This document shows positions 34,946-49,260 of a DNA stretch of 64,000 nucleotides, one piece after another. The translations under genes and the position numbers were made by a program. Numbering within the stretch: position 1 is the first letter of the stretch; each line of letters opens with the position of its first letter. Where the stretch lies: assembly GCF_009914755.1 (NCBI RefSeq), contig NC_060934.1. One strand, given 5' to 3'. This DNA is from the human T2T-CHM13v2.0 reference genome, Homo sapiens. Under the pieces are notes generated by a model. The model searched no databases. It had not been told where the DNA came from and saw only the letters and a list, made by a program, of their open reading frames with translations.

Positions 34946-35703
34946 TGAACGCAGCAATGTAGACCAAGTAAAATAGTAAACATGTTTGTAAATATGAATA
35001 CTATCTGTGATAACTAAGATTCCATTTGTAGAATTAAGCAATGAACAGAACTAAAATAGTGGATAACAAGAATTCATAAGTTGAAGAACAGTAAACAAAG
35101 TTCAAATGTTTTGTGTGATTCAGGAGAGTTTAGACTTTGTTAAATTAAATATGTGTGTTAAAATTGCAAGGATAACCACTGAAAGAACAGAAATAGTGTA
35201 GAAATGCCAGTATAAACTTTAATAATTGAATTAAAAATAAACAACAAATACTCAATTTAAAAAGGAAAATATAGAAAGAGCAGAACAAACGCAAAAACAA
35301 AATGATAGAAACAAGCTTAAACATATCAATAATCACAAGAAATGTCTATGAACCAAACTCATTGGTTAACGAACAGAGATAAGATTGTGAAAAATACAGC
35401 AATATGCTGTCTGCAGGTGACATACTTAAAACACAGGGACACAGAGTATCGAAAATGAAAGAATGGAGAATGATATGCCAGTAAAACCACTCAAAAGAAA
35501 CCTAAATTTGATATAAAAACAGCCGACAAAATACGCTAGAATGGAAAGCATTATTAGAGATGATAGAGAGTGCTACATAAAGATAAATTGTGTATATAAT
35601 TATTCTAAAGTTTAAGCAATCTTAAAAATAGCATCAAAATTACACAAAAATTGCTAAACTCTCAGAAGATACTAACAAATCTATCATCACTGTGAGAGAT
35701 TCA

Positions 35704-36071
<368 letters not shown>

Positions 36072-36883
36072 TAGGAAACAATATTTTGATTGGCACAAAA
36101 ATTAGCTACTATAACTTACTGAACAAATGTAGAACTCTGAAAATGCATTTTTCTCAAGCATACATAGAACATTTACAAAAAAACCAATCAAGTGTTAAGC
36201 GCAAAGAAAGTCTCAACTCCTTGCTCAACTTGGTAACTCCATGCTCGGAAAATCTCAACTGCATGGGCAACTTGGTAACGCCATGCTCTTTACCACAAGG
36301 AAATTAAAATCAATAACATAAGTATAAACAAAATGTCCCCTACTTTTGGAAATTAGAGAAACAAACATTTCTAAATAACTCAGAGATCAAAAAAGCAACG
36401 AAATGCAAATTTTCAAAATAACAATAATTAAAATGCATTAAAATAATGAAGTGAAAATAGTAAAATTATCAAACTTGTAGGATACATTGAAAGTAGCGTA
36501 TACAAGAAAATTCTAAATGCTTTTTAGAAGACAGCAAAGGGTGAAAATTAATGAGCTACGAATGAAGCTTGAGAAATTGAAACAAATCACAATCCAAATA
36601 AAGTAGAAAGATGGATACTCTAAAGAACAAAAACTAATGAAATGGAAAACAAAGCCAAAAGTTTGTCTTTGGAAAAAAGAAAAAAAAAGCTAGACCCATG
36701 GCTGGCAAGATTGATTAAAAGAGAGATGACACAAATTATTAATATTAGAAATAACAAAGGGTATTAATAATCCAGATATAGTAGAAATGATAAAGATCAT
36801 GAAAAATATTGTGAATATTTTTATGTCAATACATTTGAAACTGTAGATGAAATAGAAAAATATGGCTTATTAAAACTGACTCA

Positions 36884-37027
36884 GTTGGGCAAGGTGGCTC
36901 ACACCTGTAAGCCCAGCACTTCGGAGGCTGAGGTGGGCAGATTGCTTGAGACCAGGAGTTCTAGACTAGTCTGGGCAACATAGTGAAGCTTTGTCTCTGT
37001 TTAAACAAACAAACAAACAAACAAACA
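36884..37027 (+). mobile_element. FLAM-like left monomer
   Basis: TSD ACTGACTCA; (CAAA)n tail. Confidence 0.85.
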
Positions 37028-37329
37028 GAAACACTGACTCAAGAAGAAATAAAATATAGATAGTCTTATAATCAATTTTAAAATTAAATCAATAATTTAA
37101 AATCTTCCCACAAAGAAATCATCAGGCTCCGTTGAGTTCTATCAGACTTCTAAGGACTCTATTATTTCACCTTCACACAAATTTTTAGGGTATAAGGAGG
37201 TTACAGGTGACAGAATATCCTCTTGATATTTCAATCAGAAATAGGATTTAAGATAAGAAATTATGTGCTTCCACAATTATTGGAAGGGCTAGGGAATGCA
37301 AACTGGGGGTGGGGGTGGGGTAATGGCAA

Positions 37330-37485
37330 AAACTAACCCACTCCTGCCAATAACAGCATTAATCCATTCATGAGGGTGAAGCCTTCATGACTCACCATTT
37401 AAAGTTCCCACACTCTCAATACTGATGCATTGGGGATTAAGTTTCCAACACATGGACTTCGGGGGACAAATTCAAACCCGTAGCA
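37330..37485 (-). mobile_element. MST-type LTR 5' fragment
   Basis: GCATTAATCCATTCATGAGGG...TTCAAACCCGTAGCA. Confidence 0.75.
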
Positions 37486-37551
37486 GACTGGTATCCTTAT
37501 GACAAGAGGAAGAGACACTGGATCTAGATCTCTCTCTGTCTCTCTTTCTGT

Positions 37552-37597
<46 letters not shown>

Positions 37598-37762
37598 CTT
37601 TCTCTCTGTCTCTGTGCCAGCATAGAGGAAAGGCCAAGAGACCTCAGAGTGAGAAGATGGCCATCTATAAGCCAAGAAGAGAGATCTCACAGGAAACCAA
37701 CCCTGATGGAACATTGCTTGATCTTGGACTTCTAGCCTCTAGAATTACGAGAAAATAATTTC
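37486..37762 (+). mobile_element. MLT1A-type LTR fragment containing (TG)20 (37555-37594)
   Basis: GAGAAGATGGCCATCTATAAGCCAAGAAGAGAG...TTGATCTTGGACTTCTAGCCTC. Confidence 0.8.
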
Positions 37763-38393
37763 AGACTTGCATGGGGCCTTTAGCCCCTTCATTTTGGCCA
37801 ATTTCTCCCATTCGGAATGGCTGTATTTACCCAATGCCTGTACCTCCATTGTATCTAGGAAGTAACTAACTTGCTTTTGGTTTTACATGCTCATAGGTGG
37901 AAGGGATTTCCCTTGTCTGAGATGAGACTGTGGACTGTGGTTTTTCAAGTTAATACTGAAATAAGTTAAGACTTTGGGGGACTGTTGGGAAGGCATGATT
38001 GGTTTTGATACATGAGGACATGATTTGGGAGTGGCTGGGGTGGAATGATATGGTTTGGCTGTGTCCCCACCCAAATCTCATCTGAAATTGCAGCTCCCAT
38101 AATTCCCTTGTATTATGGGAGATAGTGGGAGATAATTGAATTGTGGGGGCAGTTTCCCCCATACTGTTCTTGTGGTAGTGAATAAATCTCATGAGATCTG
38201 ATGCTTTTATAAGGGGAAACCTCTTTCACTTGGCTCTCACTCTTCTCTTGTCTGCTGCCATGTGAGATGTGCCTTTCACCTTCTCCATGATTATGAGGCC
38301 ACCCCAGCCACATGGAACTGTGAGTTCATTAAACCTCTTTCTTTTGTAAATTTCCCAGTCTCGGGTATGTCTTTATCAGCAGCATAGAAATGA
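37763..38393 (+). mobile_element. THE1-int 3' end plus THE1(C/D)-type 3' LTR (38046-38393)
   Basis: CCCAATGCCTGTACCTCCATTGTATCTAGGAAGTAAC, then TGATATGGTTTGGCTGTGTCCCCACCCAAATCTC. Confidence 0.9.
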
Positions 38394-41300
38394 ACCTACA
38401 TCAATAAAAGGAAAAGCTTCAAGTAAACAACCTAATAATGCATCTTAAAGAACTAGAAAAGCAAGAGCAAATCAAATTCGAAGTTAGTAGAAGAAAAGAA
38501 ATAATAAAGATCACAGCAGAGATAAATGAAATTGAAACAAAGAAAAAATATAAAAGATAAATAAAACAAACAATTGGCTTTTTGAAAAGATAAACAAAAT
38601 TGGCAAACCTTTAGCCAGACTAAGAAAAAAGAGAGAAGACTCAAATAAATAAAATCAGAAATAAAAAAGGAGAATTACAATCAACAGTGCAGAAATTCAA
38701 AGGATCATTAGCAGCTACTATGAGTAATTATAGGCCAATAAATAAGAAAACCTAGAAGAAATGAACAAATTCCTAGACACATACAACCTATCAAGATTGA
38801 ACCATGAAGAAATCCAAAACCTGAACAGACCAATAACAAGTAACAAGACAAAAGCTGTAATAAAAAGTCTCCCAGCAAAGAAAAACTTGGGAGTCAATGC
38901 CTTCACTGCTGAATTTTACCAAACATTTAAAGAAGAACTAATACCAATTCTACTCAAACTATTCCAAAAAATAGAGGAGGAAGGAACACTTCCAAACTCA
39001 TTCTATGAGGCCAGTATTACCCTGATACCAAAACCAGATGAAGATGCATCAATAAAGGAAGGATAAAGGTCAAAATCCCTGGTGAACATGTGAAAGTCTT
39101 CAAGAAAATACAAACAAACTGAATTCAACAACTCATTAAGACCATTTATCATGACCAAGTGGGATTTATCCCAGGGAAATAAGAATTGTTCAACATATGC
39201 AAATCAATCAATGTGATACATCATATCAAAAGAAAGGACATAAGCCACATGATCATTTCAATTGATGTTGAAAAAGCATTTGATAAAATTTAACATCCCT
39301 TCATAAAAAAACTCTCAAAAAGCTGGCTATAGAAGGAACATACCTCAACATAATAAAAGCCATATACTACAGATCCACAGCTAGTATCATACTGACTGTG
39401 GAATAACTGAAAGCCTTTCCTCTAAAATCTGCAACATGACAAGGATGCCCACTATCATCACTGCTATTCAACATAGTACTGGAAATCCTAGTTAAAGCAA
39501 TCAGACAAGAGAAAGTAATGAAGGACATCCAAATCGGAAAGGAAGAAGTCAAATTTTCTTTGTTTGCAGATAATATGACCTTATATTTGGAAAAACCTAA
39601 TGATGCCACCAAAAAACTATTAGAACTGATAAAAAAAATTCAGCAAAGTTACAGAATACAAAATTAATTAACAAAAATCAGTAGTATTTCCATATTCTAA
39701 TAGCAAATAATCTGAAAAAGAAATCAAAAAAGTAATCCCATTTATATTAGATACAAATAAAATAAATACATATTAATTAACCAAAGAAGTGAAAGATCTC
39801 TACAATAAAAACTATAAAATATTGGCGAATGAAATTGAAGAAAATGAACACAAAAATGGAAGGATATTTCATGTTCATGGGTTGGAAGAATCACTACTGT
39901 TAAAATGTTCATCCTACCCAAAATAATTGGCAGATTCAATGCAATGTCTGTCAAAATACCAAGGATACGCTTCACAGAAATAGAAAAAACAATCCTAAAA
40001 TTTATATGAAACCACAAAAGACCAGGAATAGCCAAGCTCAAGGATAGCTTTTTGCTCAAGCTCTCCTGAGCAAAAAGAACAAAACTGGATAAATCACATT
40101 ACCTGACTTCAAATTATACGACAGGGCTATAATAACCAAAACAGCATGGTACTAGCATTAAAATAAGCACATAGACCAATGAAACAAATCCACTGAGAAC
40201 TGAGAAACAAATCCATGTATCTACAGTAAACTCAATTTTGACAAAGGAGCCAAGAACATAAATGGGGAAAGGACAGTCTCTTCAATAAATGGTGCTGGAA
40301 AAACTGGATATCTATATGCAAAATAATGAAACTATACTCCTATCTCTCACCATATACAAAAATCAAATCAAAATGGATTAAAGGCTTAAATCTAAGACCT
40401 CAAGCTATGAAATTACTAAAAGAAAACTTTGGGCAAAGATCTTGAGTAATACTCCACAACCACAGGCAGCCAAAGCAAAAATGGACAAATGGGATCACAT
40501 CAAGTTAAAAACTTTCTGCACAGCAAAGAAAACAATCAACAAAGTGAAGAGACAACCCACAGAATGGGAGAAAATATTTGCAAACTATCCAGCTGACAAG
40601 GGATTAATAACCAAAATATATAAGGAGCTCAAATAACTTTATAGAAAAAAACTAATAATCCAATTAAAAATGGGCAAAATATCTCAATAGATGTTTTTTC
40701 AAAAGAATACATACAAATGGCAAACAGGTATATGAAAAGATGCTCAACATCACGGTCATCAGAGAAATGCAAAACTACAGTGAGATATTATTTCACCCCA
40801 ATTAAAATGGCTTTTATCCCAAAAACAGGAAATAACAAATGCTGGTGAGGATATGGAAAAAAGGGGGCCCTCATAAACCGGATGTAAATTAGTGCAATCA
40901 CTATGGAGAATAATTTTGAGGTTCCTCAAAAAAACTAAAAACAAAGTTACTATATGATCCAGCAATCCCAACACTAGGTATACACCCAAAGGAAAGGAAG
41001 GTACTATATTGAGGAGTTATCTCCACTGCCATGTTTACTGCAGCATTATTCACAACAGTGAAGGTGTGGAAGCAATCCAAGTGTCCATCAGCACATAAAT
41101 AGACTAAGAAAATACATATACACAGTGGAGTACTATTCAGCCATAAAAAAGAATGACATTCTGTCATTTGCAATAACATGGAGACAACTGGAGGTAATTA
41201 TGTTAAGTGAAATAAGCCAGGCACAGAAAGACAAACTTTGCATGTTCTCAGTTATTTGTGGGAGCCAAAAATTAAAACAATTGAACTCATGGAATTAGAG

Positions 41301-41652
41301 AGTAGGATGATGGTTACCAGAGGCTGAGAAGGGTAGTGAGTTATGGGGGGTGGCAAGGTGGGAACGGTTAATGGGTACAAAAAATTGCTATATAAGAAAG
41401 AATGAATAAGATCTAGTATTTGATAGCACAATAGGGTGACTATAGTCAATAATAATTTAATTGTACATTTTAAAATAACTAAAAGAGTATAACTGGATTG
41501 TTTATAACACAAAGGATAAATGCTTGAAGTCATGGATACCTCATTTACCCTGGTGTGATTATTACACATTATATGCCTGTACTAAAATATCCCATATAGC
41601 CCATAAATATATACACCTACAATGTAACCACAAAAATTAAAAATTAAAAAAA
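38394..41652 (+). mobile_element. 5'-truncated L1MA1-3-type LINE-1 (ORF2 RT region to 3' end)
   Basis: ORF2 peptides [26 protein letters not shown] and [14 protein letters not shown]; L1MA-type 3' terminus. Confidence 0.92.
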
Positions 41653-41655
41653 TAT

Positions 41656-43915
<2,260 letters not shown>

Positions 43916-44154
43916 CAAGTGGTGATTCTCACACAGGTTTGACTTTCTAATCACTATGATCCATCCCTTAAATTTGTTCATGCTTTTTGATCTAGTAATT
44001 CCGTTACTAGAAATCTATCCTAATTAGAGATGCACATGAAGGTTTACATGGAAGAATAGTCAATGCTGTATATATAGAAGAATTAGAAGCAATCTATAGT
44101 TTCAATGTGAGGAGGGGACTAGTTAATTTGTAATCCATCCACAGATTAGAATAC

Positions 44155-44480
44155 TAATAGATTATAAATATAAAACTCTTATTTATATGTTACATATAAT
44201 TTATATTATATGTATTATGATATTATATTACATATGTATTCCACTTATATGTAATGTATATGTTATATATAAATATAGATCTCTATATGTTACATATTAT
44301 ATATTATATCATATATAGTATATACATATTATATCTACATATATTATATGTAACGTATGTAAACATGTATAAACAACATAAAACATTAGATGTAACATAT
44401 ATAAACATATGTTATATATAACACATATACATATTATACGAATAGAGATCTCTATTTATATATATTACATATGTGTATAT
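44155..44480. repeat. AT-rich low-complexity, (TA)-derived repeat
   Basis: Seen directly. Confidence 0.9.
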
Positions 44481-44641
44481 TTTAGAGAAAGGGCCTACTG
44501 TGCAGCGCAGCACTGGAGTGCAGTGGCTATTTATGGGCATCCTCATAGTCACTGCAGCCTTGAACTCCTGAGCTCAAGTGATCCTCCTGCCTTAGCCTCC
44601 CTAGTAGCTGGGACTGCAGGTGCACGCCACCATACCCAGCT
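44480..44641 (-). mobile_element. FAM (fossil Alu monomer)
   Basis: Retains the 7SL-derived segment (reverse complement ...CCCATAAATAGCCACTGCACTCCAG, compare 7SL CCTGTGAATAGCCACTGCACTCCAG). Confidence 0.8.
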
Positions 44642-45051
44642 AGTGTATTACATTTATTAAGTGATTAACATTAGCCATTCACAGTTCTAAGCATTTCATG
44701 TATCTTGACTCAGTTAACCCCCACAAAACCCTAGGATACAGGTATTAATGTGATATTCTATCTAGTGGAAGACATCATCATTATTTTATCCATCATAGAA
44801 AAATGCTGCCAAGTAATCTAAGTCACAATGGTACTTTTTAATGCTTACAGTGAGGCATGCTCTGATGTCAGCTATATTAAAATGCAGGGAAAAAAGCTAG
44901 TCTTAGAATTGATAAAATAAGCTATTATCATCCATTATTCTATGGCTGAGGAAATTGAGGCATGCAAAGATTAACTTGCCTAGGGTCAAAAAAGCTGTAA
45001 ATAGAGGTAGAATATATACATATAATCCATAAAGACAGAGAAGCATTTGTT

Positions 45052-45392
45052 GGCTGGGTGCGGTGGCTCCTGCCTGTGATCCCAACACTTTGGAAGGTTG
45101 AGGCAGGAGGATTGCTTGAACCCAGGAGTTCGAGACCACCCTGGGTAACATAGTGAAACCCTATCTCTATAAAAATAAAAAATATACATATAAAAGAGAA
45201 AAAAATTTTTAAAATTCAATTTAAAAAATTAGTTGGACATGGTGGCATGTGCCTGTAATCCTAGCTACTCAGGAGGCTGCAGAAGGAGGATTGTTTGAGC
45301 CCAAGAGTTCAAGGCTACAGTGAGCTATGATCACACCACAGCACTTCAGCCTGGGCAACAGGGTGAGACACTGTCTCTAAAAAAGGAAAAAT
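45052..45392 (+). mobile_element. AluJ with an expanded middle linker
   Basis: Dimer. Confidence 0.92.
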
Positions 45393-46072
45393 AGAATTAA
45401 ATGAAATGAAATTAAAAATATTACATGCCTACTGATCAAAATATATCTTGTAATTTATCAAAGAACCAACAGAGGGCATAAAATCTTTTAACAGTATCAA
45501 CTTAAAACTGTCTCTAAAACGGAATGTATATCCTGAGCTTAAACAGAATAGAAGAAACGGCAACTTAGGAAGTCACGGTGATGAAGTGTTTTATATATTA
45601 AAATGAAGCTAAATTAAGCTAAAAATAAATATCAAAAGGCACAAGGCATCTGATATAAAGAAACACTCCGAGTATAAGAATCTGAAGAGAGCATGTTAAA
45701 ACAAATTATTAAAAACCTGTCCTAACAAGACAAAGAAAACAACATGATAACAAAGATAAATGACACTTTGTCCTATTTTATATACTATAAAGAAAATATA
45801 ATAGTGATAGAAAGTACAGTACATATCTTTATTTTCATATTAGAATTTGGCAAGAAATCACGAAAACTTTACTCCATGGGTTACTTGAGTGAAATCCACA
45901 AGTACTTAGGATTGGCTTGGTGGTGAACACTCGAGTTTAATTCAAACTGCTCTACCCTTGATTTTCTGAATCCATTTACAGTAATGATTATTTATCTAAC
46001 AGATAACATACTGAAATCAAACTCATGCGATGAGAAGTTAAGAAAGAAACTCCTAAATTAAGAAATGTTCCT

Positions 46073-46404
<332 letters not shown>

Positions 46405-46665
46405 TCACTAGAATATTACAATGCACATAGGCTAAACAAAAGCCTCGTTCAGACCACTTTCTGACTTAAGATGACATTTGTTTAGTACACAAAGTTGACT
46501 CTTTCTGGAGGCAATCCAGAGGTCAGTTCAAGTTGTTATTTTATTTTCTAAGTATACTTAGATGACTTATTCTATAAATTGGCATCTTTCACACTATCGG
46601 GCTACATAAGTAAAAACAATGAAATACATTTCTTCTCAGAGGAGATTAGATGTGTTAACATTTTA

Positions 46666-46702
46666 TTAGGTTGGTGCAAAAGTAATTGTGGTTTTTAATT
46701 AC
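46666..46702. mobile_element. MADE1/Hsmar1 terminal inverted repeat (one arm)
   Basis: TA followed by TTAGGTTGGTGCAAAAGTAATTGTGGTTTTT. Confidence 0.85.
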
Positions 46703-48188
46703 AGTTTTCATAACACAATGCCCTAACCCTTTGTGTAAGAACACCAAATTATCAATAGGTATAATGTAAGAGAAAGGATTTCCTACTTTTCGATCCAAGT
46801 GTTCAAATTTTTTAAAAATTATTATTCAAGCACGTTTAAAAGAGTCCAGGAGATCCGGCAAGATGGTCGAATAGGAACAGCTCCGGTCTGCAGTTCCCAG
46901 TGAGACCAACGCAGAAGGCGGGTGATTCCTGCATTTCCAACTGACATACCCTCTTTATCTCATTGGAACTGATTAGGCAATGGGTGCAGCCCATGGAGGG
47001 TGAGCCGAAGCAGGGTGGGGCTTCGCCTCACCCTAGAAGTGCAAGGAGCCGGGGGCCTCCCTTTTCCAGCCAAGAGAAGCCGTGAAGGACCAGCCCAGAT
47101 ACTAAGCGTTTCCCACAGCTTTTGCAGCCCACAGACCAGGAGATCCCCTCGCATGCCTACACCACCAGAGCCCTGGATTTCAAACACAAAACTGGGCAGC
47201 CATCTGGGCAGACACCAAGCTAGCTGCAGGAGGTTGTTTCCCTCCCCCCACCACCCCACCCCAGTGGCGCCTGGAACTGCCACCAAGAAAGAACCATTCA
47301 CTCCCCTGGAAAAGGTGCTGAAGCCAGGGAGCCAAGTGGTCTTGCTCAGTGGGTTGCACTCCCACGGAGCCCAGCAAGCTAAGAACCACTGACTTGAAAT
47401 TCTTGCTGCCAGCACAGCAGTCTGAAGTCAACCTAGGACGATCGAGCTTGGTGCAGGGAGGGGCGTCGGCCATTAATAAGGCTTGAGTAGGCAGTTTCCC
47501 CCTCACAGTGCTAAGGAGACCAGGAAGTTCAGAGTGGGCAGAACTCAACACAGTGCGGCAAAGCCAGACTGCCTCTCTAGATTCCTCCTCTCTGGACAGG
47601 GCATCTCTGAAAGAAAGGCAGCAGCCTCAGTCAGGGGCTTATAGATAAAACACCCATCTCCCTGGGACAGAGCACCTGGGGGAAGGGGAGGCTGTAGGCG
47701 CAGCTTCAGCAGACTTAAACATTCCTGCCTGCCCACTCTGAAGAGAGCAGTGGATCCGGAAAATGAGGGTTCTACCAGCACGAGTGCTCCAGCTCTGCCT
47801 CCTCAAGTGGGTCCCTGACCCCCATGCCTCCTGATTGGGAGAGACCTCCCAACTGGGGTTGACAGACACCTCATACAGGAGAGCTCTGGCTGACATCAGG
47901 CCAGTGCCGCCTGGGATGAAGCTTCCAGAGGAAGGAGCAGCCAGCAATTTTTGCTGTTCTGCAGCCTCTGCTGGTGATACTCAGGCAAATAGGGTCTGGA
48001 GTGGACCTCCAGCAAACTGCAGCAGACCTGCAGAAGAGAGGCTGGACTGTCAGAAGAAAAACTAACAAACAGAAAGCAGTAACATCAACATCAACAATAA
48101 CAATCAAAAAAAAAAAAAAAAAACCCACACAGAAATCCCATCCAAAGCTCATTAGCCTCAAAGATCAAAAGTAGATAAATCCACGAAG

Positions 48189-49200
48189 ATGAGGAGAAAC
48201 CAGTGCAAAAATGCTGAAAATTCTGAAAACCAGAATGCCTCTTCTCCTCCAAATGATCACAACTCCTCTCCAGCAAGGGCAGAGAATGAGTTTGATGAAT
48301 TGACAGAAGCAGGCTTCAGAAGGTGGATAATAACAAACTCCTCTGAGCTAAAGGGGCATGTTCTAGCCCAATGCAAGGAAGCTAAGAACCTTGACAAAAG
48401 GTTACAGGAACTGTTAACTAGAATAAACAGTTTAGAGAAGAGCATAAATGACCTGATGGAGCTGGAAAACACAGCAGAAGAACTTCATGAAGCATACACA
48501 AATATCAATAGCTGAATCAATCAAGGAAAAGAAAGGATATCAGAGATTGAAGATCAACTTACTGAAATAAGGTGTGAAGACAAGATTAGAGAAAAAAGAA
48601 TGAAAAGGAATGAACAAAGTCTCCAAGAAATATGGGGCTATGTGAGAAGACCAAACCTATGATTGATTGGGGTCCCTGAAAGTGACAAGGAGAATGGAAC
48701 CAAGTAGGAAAACACACTTCAGGATAGTATCCATGAAAACTTCCCCAATCTAGCAAGACAGGCCAACATTCAAATTCAGAAAATACAGAGAACACCACTA
48801 AGATATTCCTTGAGAAGAGCAACCCCAAGACACACAATCATCAGATTCTCCAAAGTTGAAACGAAGAAAAAAATGTTAAGGGCAGCCAGAGAGAAAAGTC
48901 AGGTTACATAGAAAGGGAAGCCCATCAGACTAACAGCAGATCTCACTGCAGAAGCCCTACAAGCCAGAAGAGAGTGGGGGCCAATATTCAACATTCTTAA
49001 AGAAAAGAATGTTCAGCCTAGAATTTTATATCCAGCCAAACTAAGTTCAAAGTGAAGGAGAAATAAAATCCTTTACAGACAAACAAATGTTGAGAGATTT
49101 TGTCACTGCCAGGCCTGCCTTACAAGAGCTCCTGAAGGAAGCACTAAATATAGAAAGGAAAAACCAGTACCAGCCACTGCAAAGACACACCAAAATATAA
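48189..49200 (+). pseudogene. L1 ORF1p (disrupted)
   Basis: MRRNQCKNAENSENQNASSPP...; premature TGA at 48513-48515 and further stops. Confidence 0.93.
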
Positions 49201-49260
49201 AGACCAACAACACTATGAAGAAACTGCATCAACTAATGTGCAAAATAACCAGCTAGCATC

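Noticed and set aside
36206-36288. CRISPR-like repeat-spacer pattern
   Set aside because: Only two degenerate units, the 'spacers' are related to each other, and this is primate DNA with no cas genes.
44480-44641. 7SL RNA gene or pseudogene
   Set aside because: The S domain is absent; it fits FAM.
46960-48276. Antisense and sense ORFs in the L1 5'UTR (possible ORF0)
   Set aside because: GC-rich 5'UTR frames; I could not recognise an intact ORF0.
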